The notes beneath the pieces were generated by a model, which saw only the letters and a program-made list of their open reading frames with translations, did no database searches and had not been told where the DNA came from. A stretch of DNA of 59,030 nucleotides, counting the filler, from Sluysia triapertura (taxonomy: Eukaryota), in NCBI GenBank assembly GCA_046118255.1. It is 4 parts of 4 records of this genome, joined end to end, with 100 filler letters (N's around TTAATTAATTAA, not from the genome) between each part and the next. Parts side by side here need not be neighbours in the genome. Positions count along the whole stretch, not along the records: positions 13,687 to 29,466 come from JBJNIA010219249.1; positions 29,567 to 47,096 come from JBJNIA010187722.1; 2 more parts are not named here. One strand, written 5' to 3'. Positions 26,799-39,616 of this stretch are shown piece by piece. Both the position numbers and the translations under genes were made by a program. Every line of letters begins with the position of its first letter. Position 1 is the first letter of the stretch.

Positions 26799-29239
26799 TC
26801 ATTTGTTATGGTAACTCAAGGTTTAGATTTTTGAAATCTTTCATTCTGACTAATTGTTGCATGTAATCGTATCCTTCGCCGTGATAGATACCCAATTTTC
26901 AATGTTCAGATACTTTAAAATTGTTAAATTCACTTTCGACTTGACTTTCCATTGATTTCATAAACTGATCAATTATGTTAATTTCAAAATTGTTTTGCTC
27001 ACTCATGTCTAAAAACGTGAAAAACTAAATTATGAATATTAAAACAAAAAAGAAATATTTTTATCTCGTACACCAGACAAAGAAAGATAAGAATGTATTG
27101 CTATAGTTATTGATCTAACTGATTCATTAGATAACAATTTTATAATGATTTACAATGTTATTTGTGATAAATACATCCTTCCAATTTAAATTCGTGAACT
27201 CGCTTTCATGAGCATTTCTCCTTTTTGACTTGATAAAGCTTTTGTAATCAATAGATTCAATTTAATTTTTTTTAAAAATAAACAAATTACTAAAAATAAA
27301 AAACATTTTTAAAATGAATTAATTTTTCGCTAAATATTGCCTTCGTCAGTTACTTGTACCATTTATCGATTATTCTCTACATTATTGTTCAATGAACTCA
27401 TTTGTTAATGCATTTAACCATTTCAAATAAACACTGATATTCGGATTCAGCAAAGCGATTTAAATATGAACTAATTATCATTTTACATTTCCATTGTGAA
27501 ATTTTATATCAGCATGAAGAAATTCTGCTTTAGGTAATTTGGAAATTATAACAATGTTTATATCGATTGCATATTCCATTTTAAGTTTAGACTCTTGTAA
27601 TATTTAAAACTTATTACAACTCTTATTATATAAAATAACATTTAGTAAACGTAGAACTATGACAAAAATATGCAATGCGTTTAAATTTGTCAATTAAACC
27701 ATATATTTAATTTCTTTAAGACCACAATTTAGTTTGCAAACATTTTCATTTATAAAATGTGAATCTAATTTCTTATTGCGAAACACGCATAAATTGTCGT
27801 AATCATACTACACTGTCATCATTTTTTAAAAATATCGCACAATGTATAAAGTATCTACAATGAGTCTGTATAAAAGGATACACTAAAGGAGTGGTGTCGA
27901 CGTAGTGATGACGTGGCGACAATTGTTACTTCTATTATCAATAAACAGAATATTAAAAAAGTGTTAGGGTTTATTATACGTCTATGTTTTGTTAATGATG
28001 AAAGGTGTAATCGTGTAAAGATTACAAAGGTACTTTATTTTAGTGTGACTTTTGTAATGAAGTTTGTGTGAGTTTTGATTAAAGTAAGGGTATTGTGCGT
28101 AATCTATGAGGCTGTACCACCACACTCCAAATCAAATCAATATAAATAATTCGTTATAATCGAATATAATGCACGGTTTTCCGCTTAGTAGTGCTAGATG
28201 AAACATAATTTTTGGTTCACGATCCCAATAAATTTGTTGTTTCATTAGAAGTGAAATCAACTAGCTTATATAGTAAATTTTTAATCACATTTATCCCTGT
28301 AATTCATTATTAATAAGAAGTTCACAATATACACACAATCAGTTCCTTCTAAAAATGATCGATTTGATTAAACAATTTTATATTACGTGTCCTTTATAAT
28401 TTTCAGTAAGCATATCTTAATTTAAATCAGCATTTTGCATATTATATTTATTCACAGAACCATCCTCTTAATGCTTCAACGTTCAATTTTTTTATTAAAT
28501 GAATATCAGAATCGTTATCGTTTCTTAACAAAGATTCATTCTATATGTGTTTTTAGTTTATGTGATTGACCTGTGATACGTAATTACTTAAAATAATAAT
28601 TTCTTGTATTATCTCCATTAATTTAAATTGCAAGACTTCGAATTTTCTACTATTAATATTCTACTATAAAATCCTTATTTCATTCACCAAAATATCACTT
28701 CTTATTACTTAATTAACAAATGGACTGTTATCTATTTTATGCTTTTATATTTTTAATATGCTATCTAAAAATATCGTATCTAAACGACAATATCTCATTA
28801 CCATACTTTTGGCATGCGATTTATTCGTTAATAATTTTTATTAAAATTACTATTATTCCATTATTATTATTATTATTTTTATTTATTTATATAAATATTT
28901 TTTATTTTTAAATTATTATTTTTATTAATAAATTTTATTAATTTCATAAGTTCCATAAATTTTATTATTAATTCAATATTCATTATTAATTTTTTAACTT
29001 TAATTTGATGATTTCATCTGTAAGTACCTTTGATTCAACAACTTATACTTTATATACCCTACCCAGTAGTGAGCTATAGCAACGACCTTATATCTTGATC
29101 AGTGCGACAAAGATATGTAATGCAATTATGAATGTATGATTCTTTTAACGAATATTAGAATTTTTGCTCAAGATTTATTTTGTTCTATTCTTAAGATTTT
29201 ATAATTTAAATGTATTTGGAAAATGAAGTAGTTACAGTC

Positions 29240-29466
29240 ATGGTAGGAAAAACTTTTGTTCATTCATTGATAACTAACAACATAGATTTTAACAATGGTT
29301 TATTGCACTCAATTTCATAGAGTAAAGTGGAAAAATTACAATTAATAATTAATCAAACAGCAAGACTAATTCTCCAAGTTGGAAGATCACTCATGTAACA
29401 CTGGTTGCCAATAAAAGCAAGAATAGAATTCAAAATCATGACAATAATTTACAAATGCTTACATTA
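29240..29466 (+). mobile_element. L2/CR1-group LINE RT C-terminal fragment
   Basis: FVHSLITNNIDFNNGLL...KLQLIINQTARLI...HVT..HWLPIKARIEFKIMTIIYKCL. Same family as 47690-48240. Confidence 0.8.
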
Positions 29467-29566
29467 NNNNNNNNNNNNNNNNNNNNNNNNNNNNNNNNNN
29501 NNNNNNNNNNTTAATTAATTAANNNNNNNNNNNNNNNNNNNNNNNNNNNNNNNNNNNNNNNNNNNN
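29467..29566. other. Artificial contig spacer
   Basis: 44N-TTAATTAATTAA-44N. Confidence 0.95.
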
Positions 29567-29634
<68 letters not shown>

Positions 29635-30059
29635 CATTTTATTATTATTATATTAATCGATTTTGTTTAAATTCATCAAAAATAACTAAAAAATAGATGA
29701 TTAATTAACTGGTTAGCTGCCATCATCGGCAGTGACATGTTTCATTTACATCTATAATTTTATGTCACTGTAGATGATGGTCGGCATCACTGTGTAATTC
29801 AATCACTGTTCATCTTGTTAATTTGTATTGACCATCCAACCAGAACAAGAAGTAATACTAATCGCATAAAACACTTCTGGTTGGATGACCAATCAATGAT
29901 TACCATTGTATCATCAAGAATTTTGCACAATTAATTTTCATAGTGTTTGGTAATTCAAAGTTATTACAATTTGTCAGCAATTTATATGTGAAAAAATTTA
30001 CAACTTAACAAAAAAGCCGCAGAACAAAATTAAATTGGCTAATCTGAAATTATTCAACT

Positions 30060-30700
30060 GCAATTATGAAAGATTTTGATTATAAAGCTAACGACTGTAA
30101 AGGTGGCGATTACCAAGTTAATAATGCTAAAGATGATCAGAAAAACGTTAATGATGTTAATTATGTAAGCTTTCAAGTATATAATGATGAAGATAACTAT
30201 AACATGTTTAACAATAGTAAATATGATAATTTTCAAGTTAATTATGCTAAACACGATCAGAATAACGTTGATGATGTTAATCATGAAAACTTTCAAGCAC
30301 AATGATGAGGATAAGTATAACTTGTTTAACAACAGTAAAGATGATGATGTTCCAGTTATAAATGCTAAAGATGATCAGAATAAAGTTGATGATGATGAAT
30401 ATAACAATTATCAAATATGTAATTATAAAGTTAGTAATATTAAAGACGATAAGAATGAAATTAGTGATGATTACTTCGAAAACTTTCGAGCATATGATTT
30501 GAAGATCAGTATAACGCGATTAGCAGAGATAACGATTTACAAAATAACAATGTGGAAGATGACAGTGTCGAAGTTATTAATGCTGAAGTCGTGTATTGTG
30601 AATCTAACAATCATAATCCTAATGACAATAAAGATAACAATGCTAAGAAGAAATCTATTGATTATCAAGTCAACAACAATGAAGAACACGATGGTTTCTT
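30060..30700 (+). repeat. Degenerate coding-like tandem repeat (Asn/Asp-rich, NAKDDQ.N.DD units)
   Basis: Recurring ~125-130-nt units containing CAAGTTAATAATGCTAAAGATGATCAGAA-like motifs (near 30115, 30235, 30352), broken by frameshifts. Confidence 0.6.
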
Positions 30701-32749
30701 GCACTGTTATGAAGATAATTTTTATAAACTTAAACAGTACAAAGTCGATTTTTTAGTATTTATAAAAATAATATACGTCTTTTGGAACTTTATTACTATT
30801 GTGTTAATTGTAATTAATTTTCTTAATGATAATAATAATATTTATTCTAATGATAAAAATAAATCTAAGATTAATGAATGGTATAACAACGACAATGAGA
30901 ATTTTTGTTCACTTAATAATTATAAACGTAATGACTCTCGACGTAGAGATAATGAGCATGAGTATTACATGTTCAATAAACAAAAAATTACTCGTACAGC
31001 TGCTATGTGTCAAGCTCTTACTGATAACAAAGGTATTTGCTTGTGGAGTGTTCTGTTCACAAGTTGAAGATCAGCAAAGATAAATCAACTTACAACATAC
31101 ACTTGCAACGAATTACAGGATTACTTAAGAATATTGTAGTTGTTTCTAGTGTTTCAGGCGGCAATAATTTAATGGGAAACAACGTTAAGGTAAATAATAT
31201 TTACTTTTATTTACTTTGTGTTAACAATGATTATTATATTTTTTTATTAGTAGATGAAACGTCAAGAACTATGATACATAGGAGTGAAGTATCAAAAGTA
31301 AAATTTTTCAAAAATAAAATTTTACGTTTTTATTTTGAATTTTTGTGTAGAGAGGATATGATAATTCGTTTGGAACTAAAAAATTTGAACGAAGAATTTT
31401 TAATAAGTTAATTTTTAACTTTATGAAGTTAAAAATAAATTAAATTTAAATTTTAGAAATAACAATAATCCAATAACATTAAATATCATCAACTTTTCCC
31501 AACAGACTAAAACTATCTTTAACTAAAGCTTTTACTACTTCAAAACGATAAGCTATGTGATCGTGACAACCATTTATGTGAACATTTTGTTCATTCATAG
31601 CTACTATTACGTGTACCACCAATTACATGTATGTACAATAAAATGTATAATAGCATGTATAATAAAGTAAATAATAATAAAACAGCATAATTAAGTACAA
31701 TTAAATGTTTATATTCGATTTTATCGTTCGTACTGTTGACAAAAGAAGTGTAAAAGTACGAAACTATAATTAAAAAATAAAATATGAAGATAACAGTTAA
31801 ATCAAAGTTATCATCTGTTTCACATCTCCAATTTGTCGGTAATGCTGCAAAACTGGCCGGGATTTAAATTTAATAGCTGACTTTAAATTATTGACATTGT
31901 ATTTAGATGTAGAAATTTCCAACGACACACGAAAATTAAAAGCATTAAATGATTCTTTTGTCAATATTTGAATATAAAGCGAACAAGTAATAATATTTAT
32001 AATACATGAAACAAAAATATATTAACATGATGTTGCCGTTATAACTGTATTGAGTTATGCATTAACTTTAGTAGTTGATATTATATCGAAAAAAGCATTA
32101 AAAATATAAACGCAATATTCTGGAAGCTAGATATTAAACAGAAATTTCGAATAAAATACATATAAGTAGTTTCTAAAGCTAATTCAACTAATTTGTTTGT
32201 TAGTTCAGATTCCAAATTTTAAATGATTCCAAAATTACCATCTTAATCATTTAGAAACATATTTTTAAAAAAAATCAATTTTTTTATTTTAATTTATTAT
32301 TTTTACATTTTGCATTAACATGAATTATTCACTGATAAACATTGTAACTAAATTTAAATTATTTTATATTTTCAGTTCCAAAATTTTCTGGCATTGTGTA
32401 AGTAGATAGCTTTAGTTTTACTCTATTTTGAGGCAAAAATACAATAATTGTTTACATATTAATATTTTTATTATTGTGTTGTAAAAATTTATTTTTATCT
32501 ACTTTAACATTTGATAAAAAAACTAATATTTTATACTTTTACTTTAATACAATTTTCTCCAGCATATTAAACGATTTGAGACAGGATATTATTTCTATAT
32601 TCTTTAAAAAATGGAATCTTTTTGAACGGCAATATATAAAACGAAACAATAAAAATGAAGTATTAGGCACATAAAACTTAAGTTATTCAGTTGAACCAAA
32701 TTTTGTTTATGGCGATTAGATACAATGATGGCATTATTAATATTTCCAA

Positions 32750-35400
32750 AGCGAGAGTTTTGTGTCTTTGATCATTTGTACTATTATTCGAACAGTGAAT
32801 TCCTTAGTTCATCCAACAAAATGAATAAGTAACATCACTCGTCATGTTTGAATTTTCTTCGTAATCGTATACCATGTCCGATAACGACCTTCTGCTAGAT
32901 GAAACAGATATCGATTTGTCTTTGTAAAAATGTGTTTCCATACAAAGGAATGTAATCATAATCAAAACTACTGCACCATAAGGTGTATAATACAGTACGA
33001 CTGGAATAATAGTAAAATTATCAATAACTAAATTCAATTCTGTCCAACAATTGGTACGTCCACTGATCGGCCTCGGTTTATAATAGACCATTAAACCAGC
33101 GATGGATAGCATAATGACAATAATGAGAACATCGACATATTTATAATTAATTTTGAGCAGTTTACCACACGATCATCGTATCTACTAGAAGTGCACATAT
33201 CAAGGTTACCAGCCGCAGCATCCATTTCGGCAGCTGCACAATGACCCAACGAATAATGAAACACCATTTTATTTATTGATAGCGAATAATACCAACTCAT
33301 GACAATTTTACCAAAGTTTGCATTACGTTCAGTTTCTTTAAATAACAAATCCAGTTTTATGATACAACGATGATAAAGTGTTGCCAGCCCTGAGATTTTT
33401 CTTCTTTCGTTAAGTAGTGAATGCAGCAATCATATGTTCTAAAGATTGAACTCTTTCTTCTTGTATATCAAAGTTTTCTTTTAATCTCTCATAATGATTT
33501 CTTTCTTGGCGTAGTTCATCTTGTAATTTAGAAATAATATTATCTTTATTTTGTAAGTGCTCTTTTAAATCTTTGTTATATTTTTGGGAAATTTATAGTT
33601 TTGTGATGTTTTAATATGTTTTCAATTTTAAAAATTTGAAACGTTATTATGTACAATATTAAATTTTTAATAACTACTATCATTATAGGATCTCTTTTAT
33701 AAAAATTACGTTGGACAGATTTTAATGATGAATTTAAGATACAGTAACTATTTTTAGTTCTAGACTTGGGGTGTATCTTAATTAAATCCCCAATGAAATC
33801 TAGTGGCAAGTCTTCCGACACAACCGGGTATGATGTTATCCGTTTATACATATTTCTTAATAAGACATGAGTCTTACTGTATCTAATTAAAATTTGAGTT
33901 GTGATGTCATTAATAGGACTAATTTTTTTACCTAGGTTTGATTTTTCTGTTTTACATAAATATAAACATCTATTACAATCTTATTCAATAATAACAAATT
34001 TTTCTTTAATACACAAATTTACATAACATATATTTATTAGATGAATGTCTTGAATTTAAATTTAACGTTTGATTTTCTTCTCTAGGCTCTTCATTGTACG
34101 CCACACCTAGTTGGACTTCACGAACCCATTTGACATTTCTACAGACTAAAATAAAAATCAATGAATATATGAAATAAAATCTCACATTAGATATTCTGAT
34201 ACTGAAAATGCTAATAATCATCAACTCTAAATTTTCCTCATCTAACAACTTATCCATTGACAATTTGTATCGTGGTAACTTATCTAAGTACTGACACTGA
34301 ATTATTGTAACCAGTTCTTTAACTAATGTTAAATACATCACATGATGAAGTTGTCTAAATCACTAAAATTCATCTCTTTGTGAAATATGCACATAATTAT
34401 GCCTAAGCATAGACTAATCATATCCTTTCGTATTGTAATGTCTGCCTGTAATAGATCTAAAAGTGCACTGTAATCATTATTCTGGAGTTGACTATTTAAT
34501 GACATAATTTGGTTATAAACTCGTTTTTTTAATGTGTCCGTAACAGCTAGCTGATAATTTACAACTTGGAATATGTGGTGGACTTTCTGTTGGAATCGTA
34601 GGATGGTAGGAACATTATGTATCGATTTGGTTATCGACATAAAATCATTTGGATATGACATCATATACGCATAATGACGGTGAGTTGATTGACCGATATA
34701 ACTTTGGTGAGAAATTAAATGATTTATGGTAATAATGACTAAAAGTGTGGTGATTTCGATTAAACTTTTCTAGAAATCCTGAATAAATTACCACATTACC
34801 AGAAAACGCTGGTGAAGTTAGAGACTTTATATTTCTACGAGGTTGAGGAATCTTATCATCTGTTACATCTAATTCTACAAAATTATCATCAATGATTCTG
34901 TGTTCTAAATTTTGTTTCCACTCCCATGACACTAATCTAGGAGTGAAAGTAACAGCATTTATGTTTGGATTTCGTAATTCACGAAATGTAATTTCATCAT
35001 TAAAATAATCGGATCGCGTTTCAGTAACATTAAAATCGAATTCGTGTAAGTTCCAAAATTGACTACTAATAAAATTCGAATAGTTGCCTGACTGAAATGT
35101 TAACATCGATCTAGTCATGTTTTTTATGCCACGTAGAATTGTTTGATTTTAAATTTTAATAACTTGTTTTGTTTTTTGTTGATCAGAGTATTTGAGAGTA
35201 TGTAAATCTTATTGGTTTCAATAAAATTACTGAGTTTACCCAATCAGAGTCTCGGAGAGAATATTCAAAAGTATGCGCTCTGATTGGGTAGAGTGTAAAA
35301 TGTAGTGAGATATGATACAACTGATGATTGACCATCATCAGTGCTGTCAGTGAAATGTAAAATGTGACATACAGCAACCAGGTTGATGATCGACTAATTG
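32750..35400 (-). pseudogene. ~2.6-kb frameshifted coding block of unknown protein (globular part, coiled coil, C-terminal TM segments), probably a mobile-element or viral relic
   Basis: Chain of abutting minus-strand ORFs (35183-35377, 34645-35118, 34338-34664, 34006-34341, 33576-33851, 33091-33429, 32804-33112). Coiled coil KDLKEHLQNKDNIISKLQDELRQERNHYERLKENFDIQEERVQSLE at ~33430-33575, followed by hydrophobic segments. Confidence 0.55.
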
Positions 35401-35419
35401 GATTTTATTATTTTTAATG

Positions 35420-35452
35420 AATTGATAATAATAATAATAACAATAATATTGC

Positions 35453-35506
<54 letters not shown>

Positions 35507-36380
35507 AACGCATAATTCTTTTCTTTTAATGAAACTTACGTGATCTTCTCTTTGAAATACTTAATTTTCTACATATAAAATAAAAAAGAGGACAAAAACA
35601 GATGACATGCTGTGAAGGAGCAACGGTAACGAGGTATACTACGCCTCAGTTATCGTTGTTGCGTCATAGTAAGACAATGAATTCTTTAAAGCTCTATTAT
35701 ATTTATTTATGAAAATGTGAGATTGATTTGAGCTGTAAGTAATTTAAAAAGTGCTAGAATAAACTCTTGAGTTTCATTGAAGGTTTATAATGGAAAATGC
35801 GATTTATGTGTGGGATGTGATAGTTTAGTATGCTTGTTAACAGGTTACAGTCTATTTGATTCAAAAGACCATTAGAAAATAAATCTTAGCGTATCTTCCA
35901 TATTATTGAAGAGTGTTGATAATGATTGTGTGAGGAAGCAATGGGTTTAAATTAGTGTGATTGATCCGTGATTGTAGAGTGAACGTTTTCTATGTTTCGG
36001 GTAATTGTTAGTGTTGTTGGATAATGTGAATATGTCTGTAATTTAAATATTATGTATTATGATTATAACTTGGTTTGAGAGAATGACTATTAAGTAAACA
36101 TTGTGAATTATTTTTCGTATTAATTATCGAAGTATGGTGTTATATGAATGATTGAGAATATTGGATGAGTTGTTTTTAAGAAGTATATATTGTTGAATTG
36201 TTACGAGTGTAGAATGTTGTTTTGATGAGTCGGTTAATGTATTGGATAGTATGAAATGTGATTGATTTAGATGTTGTGTTTTTTGTGAACTGATTGTTGT
36301 GGTTTGAATATGTTAAGTATGATTAATATTTAAAGTTATAAGGTTTTGAGCAAATTTAGAATTGTGGGTGTTGACAACTA
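35420..36380 (-). mobile_element. Possible decayed non-LTR retrotransposon 3' end with (AAT)n tail
   Basis: Strong C/A skew on the minus strand, an ILNHSYNTILR fragment (RT C-terminus-like), a hairpin, then an (AAT)n run. Confidence 0.3.
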
Positions 36381-38089
36381 CAATCTTTAACTACGTTGTT
36401 ACCTTTTTTAGTTCTTACTGCATAAATTCTTTTTGAAAGATAATAAAAACCAATGAAAAGTAAAGAATTTTAAACGACAGAGAAATAATTATGTATGCGT
36501 GTGTTTTGTTTTTCATTTTATATTATCATTATTATTTTATTTTAATTATTATTACTTTTATTTTATTCTTACTTTTATTATTGATCTTTTTTTAGTATTA
36601 TCAGTATTATTATTATTATTACTATTATTATTAATTTTATTATTATTATTATCTTATTCTTATTATCACTTGTACTATTATTATATTATTATCATTAACA
36701 TTATTATTATTATTATTAATCATTAACCCCATTATTATCATCGATTTTTAATTATTAATTTTTCTTTTAATCCATCAAATTTTACTGTCATTGTTTGACA
36801 GTTTTAACATTAGTTGTATGGTGACTATGTTTTTGCTGGCGTTTGTTGTTTATTGTTCAACATACTAAAATTCTTTCGTTTTTGAGTAGTCAACCAATGA
36901 GATAATACTTTTAGTAAATCACAATAATAAAGTAAAGTTTATACGTTTGTAAATAATAGAGTACCTGATATAAAACGATATTAGATAATTTTTATCATTA
37001 ATAAATTATTGATGATATTGTATAATTAATTGATAACTATGTATGATAGCAATATCGTTCATCACTTCGACTGATACTACATCTACTTCAAATCAGAGTA
37101 GTCAAGCCGTAAAATCATGTGAAAGAGCATTTACTAAGACGAGGAAAGAAGCACGGTATTCAAAGTGTACGGAATGATAATTCTATCAATGTTATACATA
37201 AATCTTATTCAACAGATGATAACGTTATCAAGCAAAGTGGCAATGATAGAAGTGATAATGCAATTATGAGTTCTTTACCAAATAATATCCGAACAACGAT
37301 TAATTCATCAGGATCCTATCCAATCGATATGGAAAAAAGTTATAAAAAAGTCAATTTGAAGATAAATTTAAACTTCCGAAATGCGCATTCTGTCCATTTC
37401 CAGTTACATCATCAGGACGAATTAGTTTCAATTCCTGAAAATGCAATCCGGCCATTACGTTTCAGTATTAAAAATTTTAATAAAGTAATTTTTTATTCTA
37501 TTGAGCATTACATTATTTTTGATTTTTATGTACGGAATCACAATTCAATAACTTTATTTTTAGGACCTGATATAATATGTCTTATAACATGCTCGAGAAA
37601 TAAAGAAAAAAATATTTATATAACCTTTTGTCATATTTCGTAATCAAAATTGTTTTTTATTAAAGAATTTGGTAATGTTTTCCTTAAACAATGAGCAGAA
37701 ATAACTATGCGGACAAAATGGTCGGAAACATATCCAAAGCCAAATCAGAAATAAAGTGGAACATATGTAAACTCTAGCAGATAAAATCATTATAAACATG
37801 ATACCCCAAGAAAGTTGTTAACAAATCAAGGAACAAATTTTACTACTGATATAATAAAATCTATAGTAAAACCTTTCACTCCTTAAAAAGTTATTTTTCC
37901 TTATTTCCCATGAACGGATGGTTTAATGGAGATATCATACAAGCAGAACGACCTGGATCTTTATACTGCCTCACGTTTATCTCTTACGCTGCATTTTTCT
38001 TAACGTATGATAAACATCCAAATATATCTTCAGACTTAGTTTGAGTATCTTCAACTTCTTTATATTCTTTATATGAGAGAAAACTTACA

Positions 38090-38620
38090 CAATGTTTGGA
38101 AACGTGCAGACTTACGAATACGATTTTCCCAAGAATCCTATAAAGATGCCCACAAAACCTAACATGCAAATCGCTAGGGATCCTCTTCATCTACAAATTT
38201 TCAGAAAGAAAGATGATTTTACTGGAATATGCTGTGATTGCAATCTCAAGCGATTATTTGATACAGCTAGTAACATATTTCTTGCTTTGATTTTGCGGTT
38301 ATTGCAAATTTTTATTCATTGATCCTGGAATATCAAAATAGAGCAGCTCTTCAAGTATATCGGAATGTGTTCTAACTAATGCAATGATGTTGCAACTTTT
38401 AAAAGGCACATAGATCAAGCTTTATCAGGTTTGTCCGTCACATGAATGACATTGTTATCTCATTCAAAGATCTTCTTCAAAGAATATCGTTTTTCAAAAT
38501 TTGCCAATAATACTTTCATCATCAATTCGTTGAAACTAAAGTTGCATTTTGTAGCCAAAATAATGTTGCATTAAATAACTTTCATCGACCACAAACACTA
38601 GGTTAATAATTTTTGTCGTT
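38090..38620 (+). mobile_element. Ty3/gypsy RT remnant
   Basis: IFRKKDDFTGICCD (cf. V.KKDG..R.C.DY) and LFKYIGM...NDVATFKRHIDQALSGL..MNDIVI (cf. F.Y..MPFGL.NAPATFQR.MD..L.GL...YLDDI.I). Confidence 0.6.
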
Positions 38621-39547
38621 TCTCAAATATCGGGTTTATCTTCTGGCAATAAAGCACAACTTTTCAATAAGTCAAGGATGTCTTATGCATCCCATTCTTG
38701 CTTACAAATAAAAATCATGACAAAGTACCCAGACTAAGTGAATTATATTCGCACAAACACAATATTCAGTGTTATATTTGTCAGAAAAAAACACTTCAAG
38801 TCTTTATTGATTCAGAATGTATCTACAAAATTTTTTGGATACAACATTCATTTCGAGTTTTACCGTTAGTCTTATATGAAGTTTTGTAAAATCTATTTTA
38901 CTAGTAAATAAAATTAATTTACATCGACAAATATTTAATATGTTATTCTCTCTTTTATACTTAGATATAAATACAGATTTGTACCATTATGATTGATTAA
39001 AGTATCAGTATATTAGTTCAGAAATTTTATTATTTAAAAGCCAATTCATTTCGCTTTTTCACTCCACTTGAAAAAGAGGTTAAATTTTAGAGATATTTAA
39101 AGTATAAAATATAATAATTTAAAATATGTGTCAATTATCATCTTTTGCTTAAGAAAGAAATAAAATCGTTGTTTTTTCGGCTTATTTTAAAACAAGGTTA
39201 AAATTATTAAATAGTTTTAAATTAGAAGTGATTAATTATTAGTTGAGTGTGTAATTATACAAAACACAAAGAATTAAGCGACCAAGTTTATTTGATAGCA
39301 TTAATATCATCTTAAAATTCTGAGATAAGCCCTTAAGTGGTAAGACTTAGATAACCAATGAACTCACTTTTCATTTGTTGAATATTTGTAAGGGTTTTTA
39401 GAAAAAATATCATGATAAAATGTGGTACCCAAATTGAGGATATTTGATTATAAGAATAAGGATCCAAATAATTTAATTATTTGAATAAGAATATGTTTTG
39501 AATTATGTTTTAAGTTTATTTAAGTTGTACGTTAAAATGAATGGTTC

Positions 39548-39616
39548 TGTTGGAATATATGCCTAAAGTGCCATGGGCTATAGTAATCTAAAAATTGTTA
39601 GTCAGGGCGGATAGCT
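39548..39616 (+). mobile_element. 5' part of the tRNA-containing TG...CA repeat (truncated copy)
   Basis: TGTTGGAATATATGCCTAAAGTGCCAT...AAAATTGTTAGTCAGGGCGGATAGCT matches the 5' end of the other copies and stops in the D-arm. Confidence 0.65.

Noticed and set aside
29716-29920. H/ACA snoRNA interpretation of the double hairpin
   Set aside because: No pseudouridylation pockets and no terminal ACA box at the proper position.
31560-32100. GPCR-like TM5-TM7 remnant on the minus strand
   Set aside because: Hydrophobic stretches are expected from T-rich DNA; there are multiple stops and no diagnostic motifs.
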